From the NCBI GenBank assembly GCA_023213395.1, contig CM041465.1, positions 98,091,741-98,155,740 of the forward strand: a stretch of DNA of 64,000 nucleotides, in the 5' to 3' direction. The notes beneath the pieces were generated by a model that saw only the letters and a list, made by a program, of their open reading frames with translations, did no database searches and was not told where the DNA came from. Source of the stretch: Cycas panzhihuaensis. Taxonomy: Eukaryota > Plantae > Cycadophyta. Every line of letters begins with the position of its first letter. Position 1 is the first letter of the stretch. Shown here piece by piece: positions 11,411-24,671 of this stretch. The translations under genes and the position numbers were made by a program.

Positions 11411-12801
11411 TTAAAGTAATATTTATTTGTTTCATGAATATATATATGACCACATCATTCTCCTCTATGATTGAAATTGTACCTCTAAACATGTCCATTT
11501 TTTCAATCAATAAACTCACCTAACATTGGTAACTTGCCCATTAATCATGCTTAACAAACTTTCTCATATCTCATGTCCCTCATATCACTGACTTCATCAT
11601 TGCATCATTGCCTTATGCATCTCTCATATCGCCAAATAGTCACATATAAAGAGTATCTGAAACACTTACTTCACCATCAAATTAAAGCCTTATACATATC
11701 ACATATATCTCATAAAGAACATGTATGCCATATGTTGCTATAAGACATATCACACTTCACTTAATTATTCTAATACTTAAAACATAACTTATGTCATATA
11801 TATCACCATACACCAAACTCAAGCATATTTTATTATTAAACAAGCTCTATTTTGTAATGCATCACATATCAATCTATATGTCATATCTTCTCAAATTTAG
11901 TACCTCCTTCATACTTATCAAATGAGTAACAAAAATCATCTCAAATTTATAATTATATAATTCTGTCAATAAGATAATAGAAATCTTATCCTTAATTTTA
12001 GAACCTCCTTTTGCCTCCAAGTCCTTTTTAGGACTCAAATATATAAATTGTAGTAACTTTCTTTAAAATGATTTATAATAGCCTTCTTGAAGAAATAGTT
12101 GGTCTATGGTTAAGGACTAGGTAAGAGAATAATGTAATAAAGATTAGGGGTGTTTATAGCTTGTTATCCCTTAATTTTGATATAAAAATATATATTGGGC
12201 TTCAATAGCAATGGTTTTATGACCAAAGTATGAATGACCAAGAAAAGTACAATATGAAACTTTTAAATTAAAAAAAATTATTTTGAAAAAAATATAGCTC
12301 AAAAATACATAAAATATAGATTAAAATAGAGGCATTTGAAATATAATTCCAGCAGTTTGATCAAAAGTTACGCCCCTTTTAAGAATTTCATTGTTAGGGT
12401 TTCTAGGGACTGTAATAATACCTATTGATAAAATGCTAATAACATTCTACTCTAAACTATGATCAACCTCAAACCACTTCCATTGGAAAGTAAATTTAAA
12501 AACACATATAATCAAAAAATAATTGAGGTCATTTGGATACCTGTAGCAAAAGTTATGGCTCTTTAAAGTTGAGGTAGAAGATCTATCCTAAAAATACAAT
12601 GATGGAAAAGGTAGGCCAAAATTAATTCTACTATAATTTTCGTATTTTCACTCTAAAATCTATAGTGTGACAAATCAAAATTTACAGGACGAGTTATTTT
12701 GTCTCAAAATTTCCATTACTTTTTAGAAATTTTAACATTTATTCTCTTGAATATGCTTTCAAACCCTTGATGACACCTCTCAGATCATCATTATGATACC
12801 A

Positions 12802-13076
12802 TGCTGAAAAACAAACTTGTAGAAAAATAATATTGGCAAAATAGAACAAACCATCTTATGATTGAATGGTACCCTTAAGATACCTCAAATTGTATTAACA
12901 CCAATAAAATATCTTTACAATAGATACTTCATATGATACACTATATGTGCATTTATAATATGTGATATTATAGTGTATGGAACTTATCATGTATGTGGGA
13001 CATAATAAAAATATAATTACACATAAATGTACATTACCAATATTTCTCAGGAACCATGGACTAAGTTATTCCAGCA
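12802..13076 (-). repeat. 5' LTR of element A
   Basis: TG...CA termini, adjacent PBS and TSD. Confidence 0.92.
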
Positions 13077-13859
13077 CTTAAAATATAAAGTAAAATAACA
13101 TTGTGATTTTTTAAAGTGTTCCTACATATTTATACTTACTAAATTTTGTAGCCAACATCACAACTAAAATTGACTTCATTTGATATTTTATCTCGTCATA
13201 AGTTGTTCATCCTTAAGATACTTCACCCTTATAATATAATATTTTTCCATAAAAATAATGATAGTAACTCTTTAAAACGCTTATATCATGTGTTTTACAT
13301 GACTACCAATTGGATCCATGATATTCTTCCCATTTTCAAAATGCTTCATGTATAATGTATGGGAGAAGTAACATTCTCCTTCAATCCAATACCTACTAAT
13401 ACATTTGTTGAGAAAATAAGGTCCCAACCCTTAACTGCCACTAGGATCTAAACTATTCTTGTAACTAGTTATAAGAATCAAAAATAAAATATAACATACA
13501 AGTTCTTAAACCAAAGATAATATAATAAAATGAACAAGAAAGCTAAGCATCACATATATGCCCGATATAACATGGTAAAACCCTAGTAGTGTGCTAGGGA
13601 AGCATCCACATAAGAAAAGTATCGATCTTTGTTGTTATGGAATGGAGAAAATATATATAATCCTATAGTAGAGTTCTCACAGAAACAACAACCAACTACC
13701 TAACTCCTCACAGTATATTGAATACTATCAACATAATGAAAAATTTCCTAAATCAGGCTACATGAGAGGGTCATCCAAGGCACAAATCTTGACCATAGAA
13801 TCTAGGGTATTTTGAGCAAACTACCCTGATTCTCTTTACAATTTAATATACCTTCTAGT

Positions 13860-14021
13860 GCTAAATTTTTGGGTTGGGAGATATCACCCCCGAACCCCCT
13901 CTTTGTAGGGGGTGTTCCACACCCCTCGCACCCCCTTAGCCAAGGGGGGATCCCGCCCCCTTGGAACCCCCCGAAAAAGGTTGGGGGGGGAACCGTGCTT
14001 CCAATATATCAAAATTTTAGC
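13860..14021. other. GC-rich multi-hairpin island with imperfect terminal inverted repeats (MITE-like?)
   Basis: Ends are gctaaatttttg and caaaattttagc; the interior has several C5-6/G5-6 stem-loops, set in AT-rich flanks. Confidence 0.5.
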
Positions 14022-16414
14022 CTCCAACCATTGTTGTCATATTACCTAACAAAGATATCATAGGTTCTTTGTCCACCTTTATATTATCTCTTGATAGTAA
14101 CCCATATGTATCATTTTCTTATTTATAATGATGTTATTTCCTAGATACCTTTGGTATATGATTTTGAGTATGGAAGATCGTAGGACCTATAGGTTATGAA
14201 TTCAACTTGAGGTCTTATGTCATGCTTCCACATTACATCCATGGGGAGTTAAAGAAGGGAAATAAGGAGTGGAGGTTGGTTTAAACAAGGGCTAAAGAAC
14301 ATAAAGTATGATTTAAAGTTTTATAGATATAAATCATTTAGATGGAGATAGTTAGAGTAGGAGATATCAAGGACCTAATTTGACCCAACACAAACCTTGA
14401 GCATCTTTACTGCTCTTAGCTAGAACTCACCTAAGTTAATTAACTAATGTAAGCACTAATTATCCCAACTTGAATTATGATAACTTACTTAGAGTATTAC
14501 ATGTACAATGGAATATTCATGCTTAATAGATGCAGTAAGTCCAAGTGGACATAAATGTTTCATAGTTTAATTCCATAGTTACTTATAACAATAATTTCAG
14601 TAAGTATATAAAACAAACTAATATGATTCAAACATTAGCAATGTTTTAAGAGAAAAAAAATAGATTTCTTAAATAAATTCATCACACAACCTTTTGAATT
14701 CCCTAAAGGGAAGACACCATTGAGTTAGAGCATATGATATAAATGTTAGAGTATTAGTCTGTCTTAACACTTAACCCAAATTTCTTCGTAAGACTCCTCT
14801 AGATTTTGTTATATTTATAGAAGCTATAATGATATTTAATCATCCACACAACTACTACAAGTTTCATTAAGATCTCAACACAATTCTTTAATAGATATGA
14901 ATAGTTTGTTTTCACACCCCCATGTGTTAGACTAGTTTGCAATATTATACTACATATAGTATCTTATTAAATTAGTCTCTTTAAACTATCTCACTATAAT
15001 CTCCTACATGTTTCATTCCATGCAATCAATGAGAGGAAGGGGACATTACTTAAACCAAAATTTATGTCCCAAAAATTAAGGGAGTAGGGACTCACTCAAC
15101 CCAATTTCCTTTCATATAAAGAGGGGACTTTGTTAACTCTCGAAGGAGGGGACTCACTCAACCTTCTCATACCAAAATTAATTCTCAGTTGTTTTGGCTT
15201 GTCTTTTATTTCTTTTCTCACCTATTATTGTTGCAACTTAATTTGTCTTCTTGGTCATTCAATATCACTCTTATTTTGCATTCATTTTAAGGTTGATAAC
15301 AGTTCCATTTATCCCTCTTTTTTACTTTCTCTTTTGGTTCTTTAGTTTAGCTCCTTCATTTAAGTTGATCTTATTGCATCTTGTTAGACACTTTTGTTAT
15401 TTTAGATTATGAGATCTTTAATTCATGCTTATCGCATGAAGTTTACTTTAGTTATTTATAGACTCTTACTTATTTGCTTTGGTTTCTCCTTTGCAATTCA
15501 CTTCTCTTGCTTAGGTTGATGCCAAGAACTTACTTCTTGGATTTGGCTTGCAGTACTAGTTTACAATTCTTGTTGCCCCCCTAATTGGCATACAATTGAC
15601 TTATCTCTCCTTTTCATAAATAAATTAGCATTTTGAGAATCAAATTATCCTTACACCACATATTTGAGGTACCTCTACACTGAGTGTTTTATTTACACAA
15701 GTTGATCTAATACTTATTTCATTTCTTTCACATTCTTCTTTCGTTTAGTTATTAGATCTACTTTTTGCTTCTTTTTACTTATTGTTTTCATTGGCATAAC
15801 TAGTTTCTCTTGGTCTTAGCAAGCTTTTGTTCATTTTTTCTAGAATTCTTTTACATCATGTTATAAAGGGGTTTAATCTAATATTCCTTTTATATAATCA
15901 TTTTTTGTTATGTGTTCTCTTGTGGCCATAACATTAGAGCATTTAGTTCTAAAAAAATTCCTTATAAAATAAAAAAATGCAAAGACAAAATGACAAAAAT
16001 ACTACATTTTCTTATCATCTCATATTTATATATTAAATTTTAAAAGGAACATTTCTCTTTCTTTGTTTTATAGAGGGATCCAAGTGTAAGTTCACTAGGA
16101 AGCCCAATAGGATCTTCCAGTTTCATTTACTCATATACTTATTTAGGTTATTTGATTGAGTTTTCTTATTTCTTTTTTCTACATTATTCAGTGTGTTTAG
16201 GTTTTAGAATAGACTATTTGTTATACTCATGAAAATAAAGTGCATGCTATTATATCAATGAGTTTTCTCTTTACTTTCCCCTTCTATAAGTTTTTAGTTT
16301 CCATTAAATCAAAGGGAGGGCTAGTTCATCTAGATTTAATAAATTAATAACTAGTTTTGTGCCTGGGAGGAAGTAATACTTTTGCCATATTTTGAGCATG
16401 CTAGTGATGGGTAG

Positions 16415-17458
16415 TGTTTTTCAACTACCGGGAATAGGTTCTTAGCAAGTTGACTCAGGTAAGTACAAGTATGTTTTTAGCCTTTACCTTTGTTACTTCT
16501 ATAGAAAGTTAAACAGAAGCATCATTTTACTGCATGGCTGACTGACACATTTTAGTGATCGTTTTGCATCCGTTGCTTGATCATATTACTTGATACTCTT
16601 TTAACCTATGGCGATAAGTGGGACATGTATCCCTATGGCACTCTACAACCCTCCTATGCACCTCCATGTTGTCCTAAGCACCACTCAGCCTGTGTGATCT
16701 GTTCACACCTCCTTTGCCACATTGCAACCTTTAGTACCTCGCTAAGTGTGATTGGAACATCCTTATTCTAATTATCGATTTCCTTGAAATCCTACCACTC
16801 TGGTACCCCATTTAGTTTAGGTCATCCTTTTTATATGACTCTCCCTAGCCACCTGGACAGAGGGTCGACCCCTCCTAGGCCAGGGGTACCCTCTTTTAGG
16901 GCTCCCAGGCACCTCTTTTTGCCCTATTTTTGTCTTTGTCATTGCACTGCAACAAATGTCGTGGTATCACGGTACCATGAAGTTTTCCATGGGGCGACTG
17001 TCACTTAATATTTTTCAAAATTTGTTGTAGTAAATTTTGATTTTTTTGTGAAATTTCCACATGGCTTCGACACCCCTCGAGTCCTACCCTAGCCCTAATC
17101 ATCCATTCGGCCTAGGGTTAGGTATAAAGCCCAAGAGAACTTTATTTTCTATCTCTTCTTCCACTAAATCTTCTCTCTTCTCCTTCTTTCATAGGTAGTT
17201 TTCTGTAGGAATGCCCTACAACACCTGAGTTCCTTGTGCTCCAGCCTAAGATCCACCCTCTCCAACTTGGATCCGCGGTAGCAGGCTTGCCAATAAGCTC
17301 CTTCAAGCAAGGATTCACTCTAAGTTTTAACTCAACGCCCTTTCAATAAGTTTCCAAAAGTTTGTTTCTAGGTTGCATCATTCTCCCAAGGATCCACCTG
17401 TAAGCACCTTAGATTTGTTATTTCCTGCCATTTTCAGAGGTAGACCTACCTCCAACAT
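16415..17458 (+). repeat. LTR-like segment 'I', related to the X-type LTR 5' end (right boundary approximate)
   Basis: Starts TGTTTTTC...GAATAG...CAGGTAAGTACAAGTATG; GTAC cluster at about 16944-16976; ccctaatc...tagggttaggtataaa promoter-like block at about 17093-17128. Confidence 0.6.
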
Positions 17459-17619
17459 AGTCCAATAGGTATTATCTCATGTTTGCCCCATTCATTGCCT
17501 TTAAACTTTCTTATAAGAGGTTAGATCATTAGGAAAGATATTACCACCACCTTCTCACTAATACTAAGACCAACACCTTAACATCACCATTATTACCTTT
17601 GATCTAGAGTTAAATCAAG

Positions 17620-20600
17620 ATTTTTCCCATAGTTACATTGACAAACTTGAGATATACTTTACTTTTCACCCCATGTCTCCTATTGATTAGTGTACTTTCA
17701 TCTTTATTCATCTTACAAATAAAGGGTATCATTAGTTCCACTAGTGTGTAAAAATCCTAATGCATTCACGTGGAATTCCTTTTGCATCTATTTCTTCAAT
17801 AAGCATAAGGACATTTATAAAAGCTTATTCTTCAATAAGCTCACTCAACATTAGAAAACATATGTACATACATTTTAAGCACTCTAGAACTTGTTTTCCC
17901 AAAACCTTAATCAAGATACTCTTATTGAGACATTCACAACTAGACTTAAGGAGTGTATTCATATGTTCCTTAAGACCCACCATCTTATCATATTTCATGA
18001 GGTGCTGGCTATGGTAAAATTAATTAAAGTAGAGTTCATTATTTGCTACTCTATGTTTTCTCACTATACTCTACCTTACTAGCAAAGATATACTTTAGAT
18101 AATTCTCATTGCTCAACACCGGTGTTAGACTTAGCATTAACACCTACTCTATAAGCATATTCTCTCAAAGTCTTAGTAGTAGAAACTACCCAACATTGAG
18201 AAGCTAGCTTATGTACCACATGCATAGAGAAATAAACATATGATCACCCTAAAAATTACAATGCCTAGTATTCTATTTTTATGATTGAGCTAGATATTTT
18301 AACTGAGATTAATATGGATCTTGACCTTTTGTTATTTGAAGGGCACTCTCTTGACCCTCCCCAAGATCCTGATATAAACATCTCCTTATCCATCAGATCC
18401 AAGGACACTTGCCTAGACACTCTAAAGGTTAAAGGCCCCCTTCATAATTCTCCCCTATCAATCCTTAATTTTTAGGGCTTCCTTTAACTTCATTAATTTT
18501 TACATCACCTAAAAGTTAGGGTTACATACTATTCTTAAAATAGGGTGTAATATATTTCTTCCCAACTATTAAGTCCTTTATTATTAAGGTGATATTAAAG
18601 ACCTTCATATATAAATAAGAACATATACCCTACAATCACATTTTCATGTCCTCTCTATTGATAGTGCTAAAGGTATTTTAGAAATTTAATGGTTGTAGAC
18701 CTTTGGCACCTACAACCTCAATCATCATTAAAACTTCATCCTTGCTAAATATACACAGGGATAGAGCCATAAACTATATGACTTTTAACCACCTTTAAAT
18801 AAAATGGTCTCTGTTAACCAAATGCATAAACTCCTTCCTAACAATATGGGGTTTATAGCCTAACTTAATAATATCTAGGCTATCCCTACTTTACTTACCT
18901 TAATATTCAAAATCTCCTAAAATACCACTTTATTTTTAATATGCTTCCTCTAGCTCCTTCACCCCATTATGGTTTTTATCATACCATTGATATATAACAT
19001 CCACATAAGCTTATTAGTTTACACCCCTAACAAAGTATTTGTTTTTAGAAAAATTAAATACAATATATCACTAAGGAGCTTCTTTACCATAATATCATTC
19101 AGCCTAGTAAAATCCCCTATTCTACTTTTACAATCCTTGTTAGGAAAAATATTGGCTCCTTCTAACTTTGTGTCATTTATTATGAGCTTAATAAAATTGC
19201 AATAAAAAATAAGTTTCCCACCCCTTCCATAGATAACATATTGGATGAAATCCATGAGTTTATATTTTTTTTAAACTTAAGCTCTATTATAGTTATTATC
19301 AAATTCCTATCACTCCCTCAGGCTACCTAGAAACCACATTTTATACTCATCATGGTCACTTCAAATTTTAAGTCATGCCTTTCAACTTATGTAATGCATA
19401 TGTAACATTCTAAGCTTAATGAAACATGTCTTCTCTCCTTGACTTCATAAATTTGTCATTGATTTTTTCAATGACATCCTTATCTATAATAAGGATTAGG
19501 CCTAACATCTACATTAGTTAGAGCTTATCCTTCAATTCTTTTCCTAACAATAATTGTATACCAAGCTGTCTAAATTTGAATTTGGCCAATCCCAAATTCA
19601 ATACCTTGGCCATATTATGTCCTATGGAGGTGTCCAAGTTGACCCTACTAAAGTATCCATCATCACTGCATGCGTACACCCACTTCCTTTGCCTAACTTA
19701 GTTCCTTCCTTGGTCTCATTGGGTTTTACCATCATTTTATTACCTAATATACCTCTATTACTGCCTTTTTATTTGACCTTCTTTATAAAGACTCATTCCA
19801 ATAGTCTCCTAAAGCTATTACTATATTTAACCTCCTTAACACCCTTATGATCTCCACCTCAGGTCTTACCATTCTTAAATTTTCTCAACCATTCTAACTT
19901 AAATGTGGTAATTTTAGATTTGGCCTTGGGGATATCTTTATATAAAGTTTTCATCTTATGATGTTTAAAAGCCACAAGCTCAAACCCTATGAATTCAAAT
20001 TATTTGCTTACCAAAAAGAGATGAAGGCCATCCTTCATGCCCTATATAATGGTTACCGATATCTCTTAGGATCCTATTCTACCATATTAATAGACTACAA
20101 TAGCCTCAAACTCCTACTCGTGCAACCTATCCTCTCATAAGAATAAGCTAAAGGACTTGTCTAACTCTAAGTTTTTGATTTCACTATCACTTATAAATGG
20201 GGGACAATCTTACTATCAATGTCCTCTCTTAACTTTCCCAACTACCCAACCTTCAAACCATTTCCCATCCTTAACTTATATGGTTAGAAAATTTAGTAAG
20301 TACAAATATCACTCAACTCAACTATGACTAGTGGGCCTAGAAGGTCGACACCCACTCAGAGTGATCCTACCATAATAGCTTTCTTCTCTATAATAATCAT
20401 ATTTTTATTCATCCTAAATCATCCTTCAATTCTCACATTCTGACTAAGTACCACTTCACTTCCTTAGGTGGCTATTCCAGCTTCAATAAAACCTATTAGC
20501 GTATATATGATGATCTTTATTAGCTAGGTATAAAGTCACACATTCTTAAATTTGTTCAGAGTGTGATACTTGTCAAAACTATAAATATAAAACCATATCC

Positions 20601-20950
20601 CTATCTTTCCTTCTTCTTCAACAACTACATATTCCCCAAGGGAAATGGTAAGATATTACTATGGTTTTTATTATAGGTATCTCACTTTTGGCCAATTTCG
20701 ATTCCATCCTAGTTATTATCGATTATCTAACCAAATATACCCATTTCCTTCCTATTCACACTTCCTATATAGTCTCTTATGCCTAATTGATATCTACATT
20801 CAATACATCTTTTATCTTCATGGCTTTCCCTCATCCTTTATTTATAATAGAGATCCCAAGTTCATTAGCTCTTTTTGGTAAGAACTATTTTGTACTTTTG
20901 GTGCTTTAAAATGAGTTTTACCTACCATCCCTAAACCAATGGACAATCTA
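17620..20950 (+). pseudogene. Decayed Ty3/Gypsy chromovirus-type gag-pol (gag, PR, RT, RNase H, truncated integrase)
   Basis: Remnants include IDKLEIYFTFHPM (gag), KFPTPSIDNILDEIH, THHGHFKF*VMPFNLCNA, FFNDILIY, KLSKFEFGQSQIQYLGHI (RT), AYQKEMKAILHAL (RH), and RDPKFISSFW and YHP*TNGQS (INT). Confidence 0.88.
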
Positions 20951-20989
20951 AAAAAAAAAAAAACTATTCTTCTACATATGGGATTCACT

Positions 20990-21400
20990 TCAAGCTCAAA
21001 GGGTATAATAATAAGACTTAAGTAACAAATAAAGAATCTTTATTAGCAGATGGAAACGGATTATAAAAAGTAGGGATGCATAAGGGCACTAAAAGGATCA
21101 CTAAAGAGAACTGAAGATATATTGAAGTATGATCTCTTACGAAATAACAATACTTAACAACTCTTGCTTTATATTAAATTGGCCTTATATAGGCAAGAGA
21201 GGCCTCTTACATAGCATATCATTAGCTAGATAAATTACCTCTAATTCTATTGGTGGACATAAGTGACCTACATATAAAGATTAATGGTTAGCACTAACCA
21301 TCAAGGTCCTTTTTTACATATACTAGTAAAGTGGTTTTATTTATAATAGGTTATTATGTAAAAGGTCCCTTCCCTTGAGATGTTAAGTCCTCAAAGCTAA
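20990..21400 (-). repeat. Short LTR-like fragment related, in inverted orientation, to 22619-22927
   Basis: The reverse complement ctctttagtgatccttttagtgcccttatgcatcc resembles tcctttagttatcttttagtactctttacatcc at about 22853. Boundaries are approximate. Confidence 0.35.
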
Positions 21401-22618
21401 GGAGACATGGATACTACTTAACAAATTCATTTAATTACCTTATTACTTCCTCAAGTTCATAACTAACCCATTGCAAAAAGTACTTAAAAATGGTTATATT
21501 CCAAAAGTTACATGAGTGTGGATGAGTAAGGTGAGAGAACAAGCTAAAGATTTCCTTACAACGAGCCCGTAGGGTGAGAGGAACTTGAGTAAGAGAGGGC
21601 ATGGGTATACACCCCCCATAGGGTACTTATTCATCTTGTACATATGAATATGAGGCAAATATAACTTGTTTAGGTATTTATGACTAAAGGAAACATGGCA
21701 TGTATACAACATACTAGGTGAGGATCAAAAGAAAAGAAAAGAAAAGTGAAATGTTAACTACCAATGAAAAATAAAAAAGTTATGTAAACAGGTAGATGAA
21801 ATAGATATGCCATAATTAATAGATAGTGTTAAATGAAATGAAGTTAGAAAATGTTGAGATAAGATCAATCAATCTATGCTAATGTCCTTAAAGACCCAAA
21901 TAACAAACAAGAGCCCTCATAGTATGAGGGACCTAATCTAGTATGAGTGACCACAATTCTTATACAATTTACATGCCTAACCTATAGAATCTATAACCCC
22001 TAAGGCTACTAACTTATCCTAATCCCTTAACTCCTACTTAACCTAATTTGATAGACTTGATCTAATAGAAAAGGAAGGGACTACCTAGAGTGAGAGGCTT
22101 AGAGGAATCAAAACTATAAGATAGATCCACTCATGAATAAGTTAATAGGTACTTATTAATATCAGTGATGACTTTCACACAAATACAAAAGTGGCCTAAT
22201 AGTGTTTGCATCTAATTCTAATGAGTCTCAATCTTTATGAGAGTGAAGGAAGATAGAGGTAGCCACTCTCAATAGGAGAGATGAAGTTTACTTAATTACT
22301 CATGCCCTACACATTAATATGCACTTCGATTGCATAAAAATAAGAATAAATAATAACTAATCAAAAATGAATTTATCCCCATAAATTCAAGGACTCATAA
22401 TAGGTGTGATGCTCTCCTTTGTTTGGCCTCTATAAAAAAGAAATAACACATGCCACCAAAACAAAATGTATAATGCAATGTAGGATACAAATAAAGAAAA
22501 AGTTCCTCTAATGCTCCTTTTGTTTTATACTTATTCTTCTCTTTTAAAATAAAAAATGAGTCATATGAGTAAGGGCAAAAGAGAAAATAAACAAGAATGC
22601 ACAATCAACTAGGCAAAT

Positions 22619-22927
22619 TGTGATGAGCCTTCACCACATGTTAGAGGGTTAATAGACTAGAAGGTTACATGTTAGAGGGTTAATATGTTAGGAGGTTAAG
22701 GTTAGAAAGATTTAATAATAGGGAAAATATATGATTGGTTAGCTTAGAAGGGGATAATATAATAATGGGATGATCCTCTTATAAATATGACACCCTTACC
22801 TCATGTAAGCTCATGTTGATCAATATAATTCTATTTGGGGTTCACTTAAGTGTCCTTTAGTTATCTTTTAGTACTCTTTACATCCATCATCTACTCCATA
22901 CACCTCCACCATTTTTGGGTTATCATA
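22619..22927 (+). repeat. Short LTR-like insert in LTR H with internal gttagagggttaat repeats
   Basis: Ends are tgtgatgagcc and gggttatcata; TATAAATA at about 22780; no TSD seen. Confidence 0.35.
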
Positions 22928-24671
22928 CTCTTATTTTATATATTGTATAGGTAATAGGGGTAGCCCTATTACACAAGTCAATAATTCCTTACCATTTTTC
23001 TTTTTAAAACAAAACTATTAAGTAAAGGAAAGACATTTTTCTTTCTACTTTTGTTTTTATTTTAAAAGTAGAAAAAAAGCTATTTAAGTGGGGTTTAGTG
23101 AGGAGTACTTAGAAAACCATGCAAAATCCATAATTTTAGTATTTTCTTTTAGCAATTTTCCATACACCAAATTGCCAAATGGATTTACAATAAGGTTAGT
23201 TGATTATATAGATATAAAATTAAATTTCTAGAAAAAATTGATAGTTTTTTTGCTTGCTAGATCATATTATGATGAGAAACAATTTCAAATATAAAGTCAA
23301 ATATCATAAGAAGTACAAAAAGGAGGGCTTTACTCATCTTAGATTTATATTTTGTGATAAAAATCTAGCATCATATTGGTTGAAAAATAGGCGCTCCAAG
23401 TTGGTGAGAAAGAGGTTATGAAGGAAAGGAGAGAAAGGACTTTGGTCCACTTCAAACACTCTCAATTCTTACAAGAAATAATGAATTATTCCACCTAAAA
23501 AACTTGATAACATATACTAATTTTGGAATATAGAGGAAATATGACCATGAACCAAAAACTTGATATTTTAAGAAAAAACAATAAAGCTATTAAATAGATG
23601 ATCAGATGTGGGGAAGGGGGGCTAAAAAATGGTAGAAGGATCCCTTCTTTTAGAGGCTTATTGAGTGATACTTGGTTGTCTTTCCCTTTACAAAACATTT
23701 GACACTTGAACAAGAGTGAATCAACCAAAATAAAAACAAAATGACAAGTAATAAAGCAACTTTAAAGATGAAATAAGGGATGTAAAATTATGCTTCATAA
23801 ACCATGAAAAACTAAGCAAATCTTGGGATAAAATTCCAACAAAGTGATGGAGGGTTTACCTTACTTTGAGTGGTAAAGAGGATGCTAATGACAGTGTAAC
23901 TCTAACTAATAAACACTCTATCATTAATAACAAGCATATTCAAGCCCAAAGTAAAAGCCAAGATGAAGTTGTATGAGAGATTAGTAGTTTTAATAGGATT
24001 TTGGTAGTATAATGAAAATTCCATAATAAATTTCTTAACTACTATTCCAATGGAAAAAAGGGAAGATTATATAGTTAAGGGTAGAGGGATAGGCCTATGG
24101 TTTTATGCCCATTGGATGGTGGAAAACCATGGGCCCTAATCTATAGGAAATTGCCCATGGATTTTACCTAAAACAATGGGATCCACGGTGTTTTTAATGG
24201 GACATGGCCTATGGTTTTAATAAAACTAATGGGCCATCCCTAGATTTGTTAAAGCATTAAATAAGACCCACATTTGAGCACTATAGATACATGACAAAAC
24301 ACAGGTCTAAAAAGATTTTCTAGTGCAAAAATTGATACTATAAAGTTTGGCATAGTACCACAAAGAATCTTTGTAGTACCATGAAGCACTAGTAAATACA
24401 AGTTTGTTATGAAAACAATTGATAAAAAATATCACTAATTAATGTAAGATCATAGAAAGGAAGGTAGTATAAGTAAGGAAGGTAATGGGATGAGAAGAAA
24501 ATAAAGAAAAAAAGAAAAATAAATAAGAATGAAGCCAACAGAGTAAAGTAAGATGAAGGAGGATATAAGCAAAGTAATCGAAGGATAAGCAATATCTTAT
24601 AGAGGTACTAGGTAATCCTTCTCCACTTGTTAAGCTAAAAGGGATGATAATATAGCCATCAACTATGGTTG

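Larger units (their letters stand above)
6050..13076 (-). mobile_element. Copia-derived LTR element 'A' (gag-only, non-autonomous), host of element B
   Basis: 275-bp LTRs at 6050-6324 and 12802-13076; TSD cttaa at 6045-6049 and 13077-13081; Met-PBS (tggtatcata) at about 12792-12801; PPT aagggggag at 6325-6333. Confidence 0.92.

Noticed and set aside
13850-14021. Helitron terminus at the GC-rich hairpin island
   Set aside because: A CTAG is adjacent, but I could not find the A|TC...CTAG|T junctions in a consistent orientation.
14030-16410. Further LTR-like sequence (repeated agggactcactcaacc at about 15087 and 15148, purine tract at about 16311)
   Set aside because: It is probably TE-derived, but I could not define termini, a PBS or a TSD, so it is not annotated.
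20949-20962. Poly(A) tail of a retroposed copy at the integrase truncation
   Set aside because: There is no polyadenylation signal or TSD; it is more simply an expanded A-run at a breakpoint.
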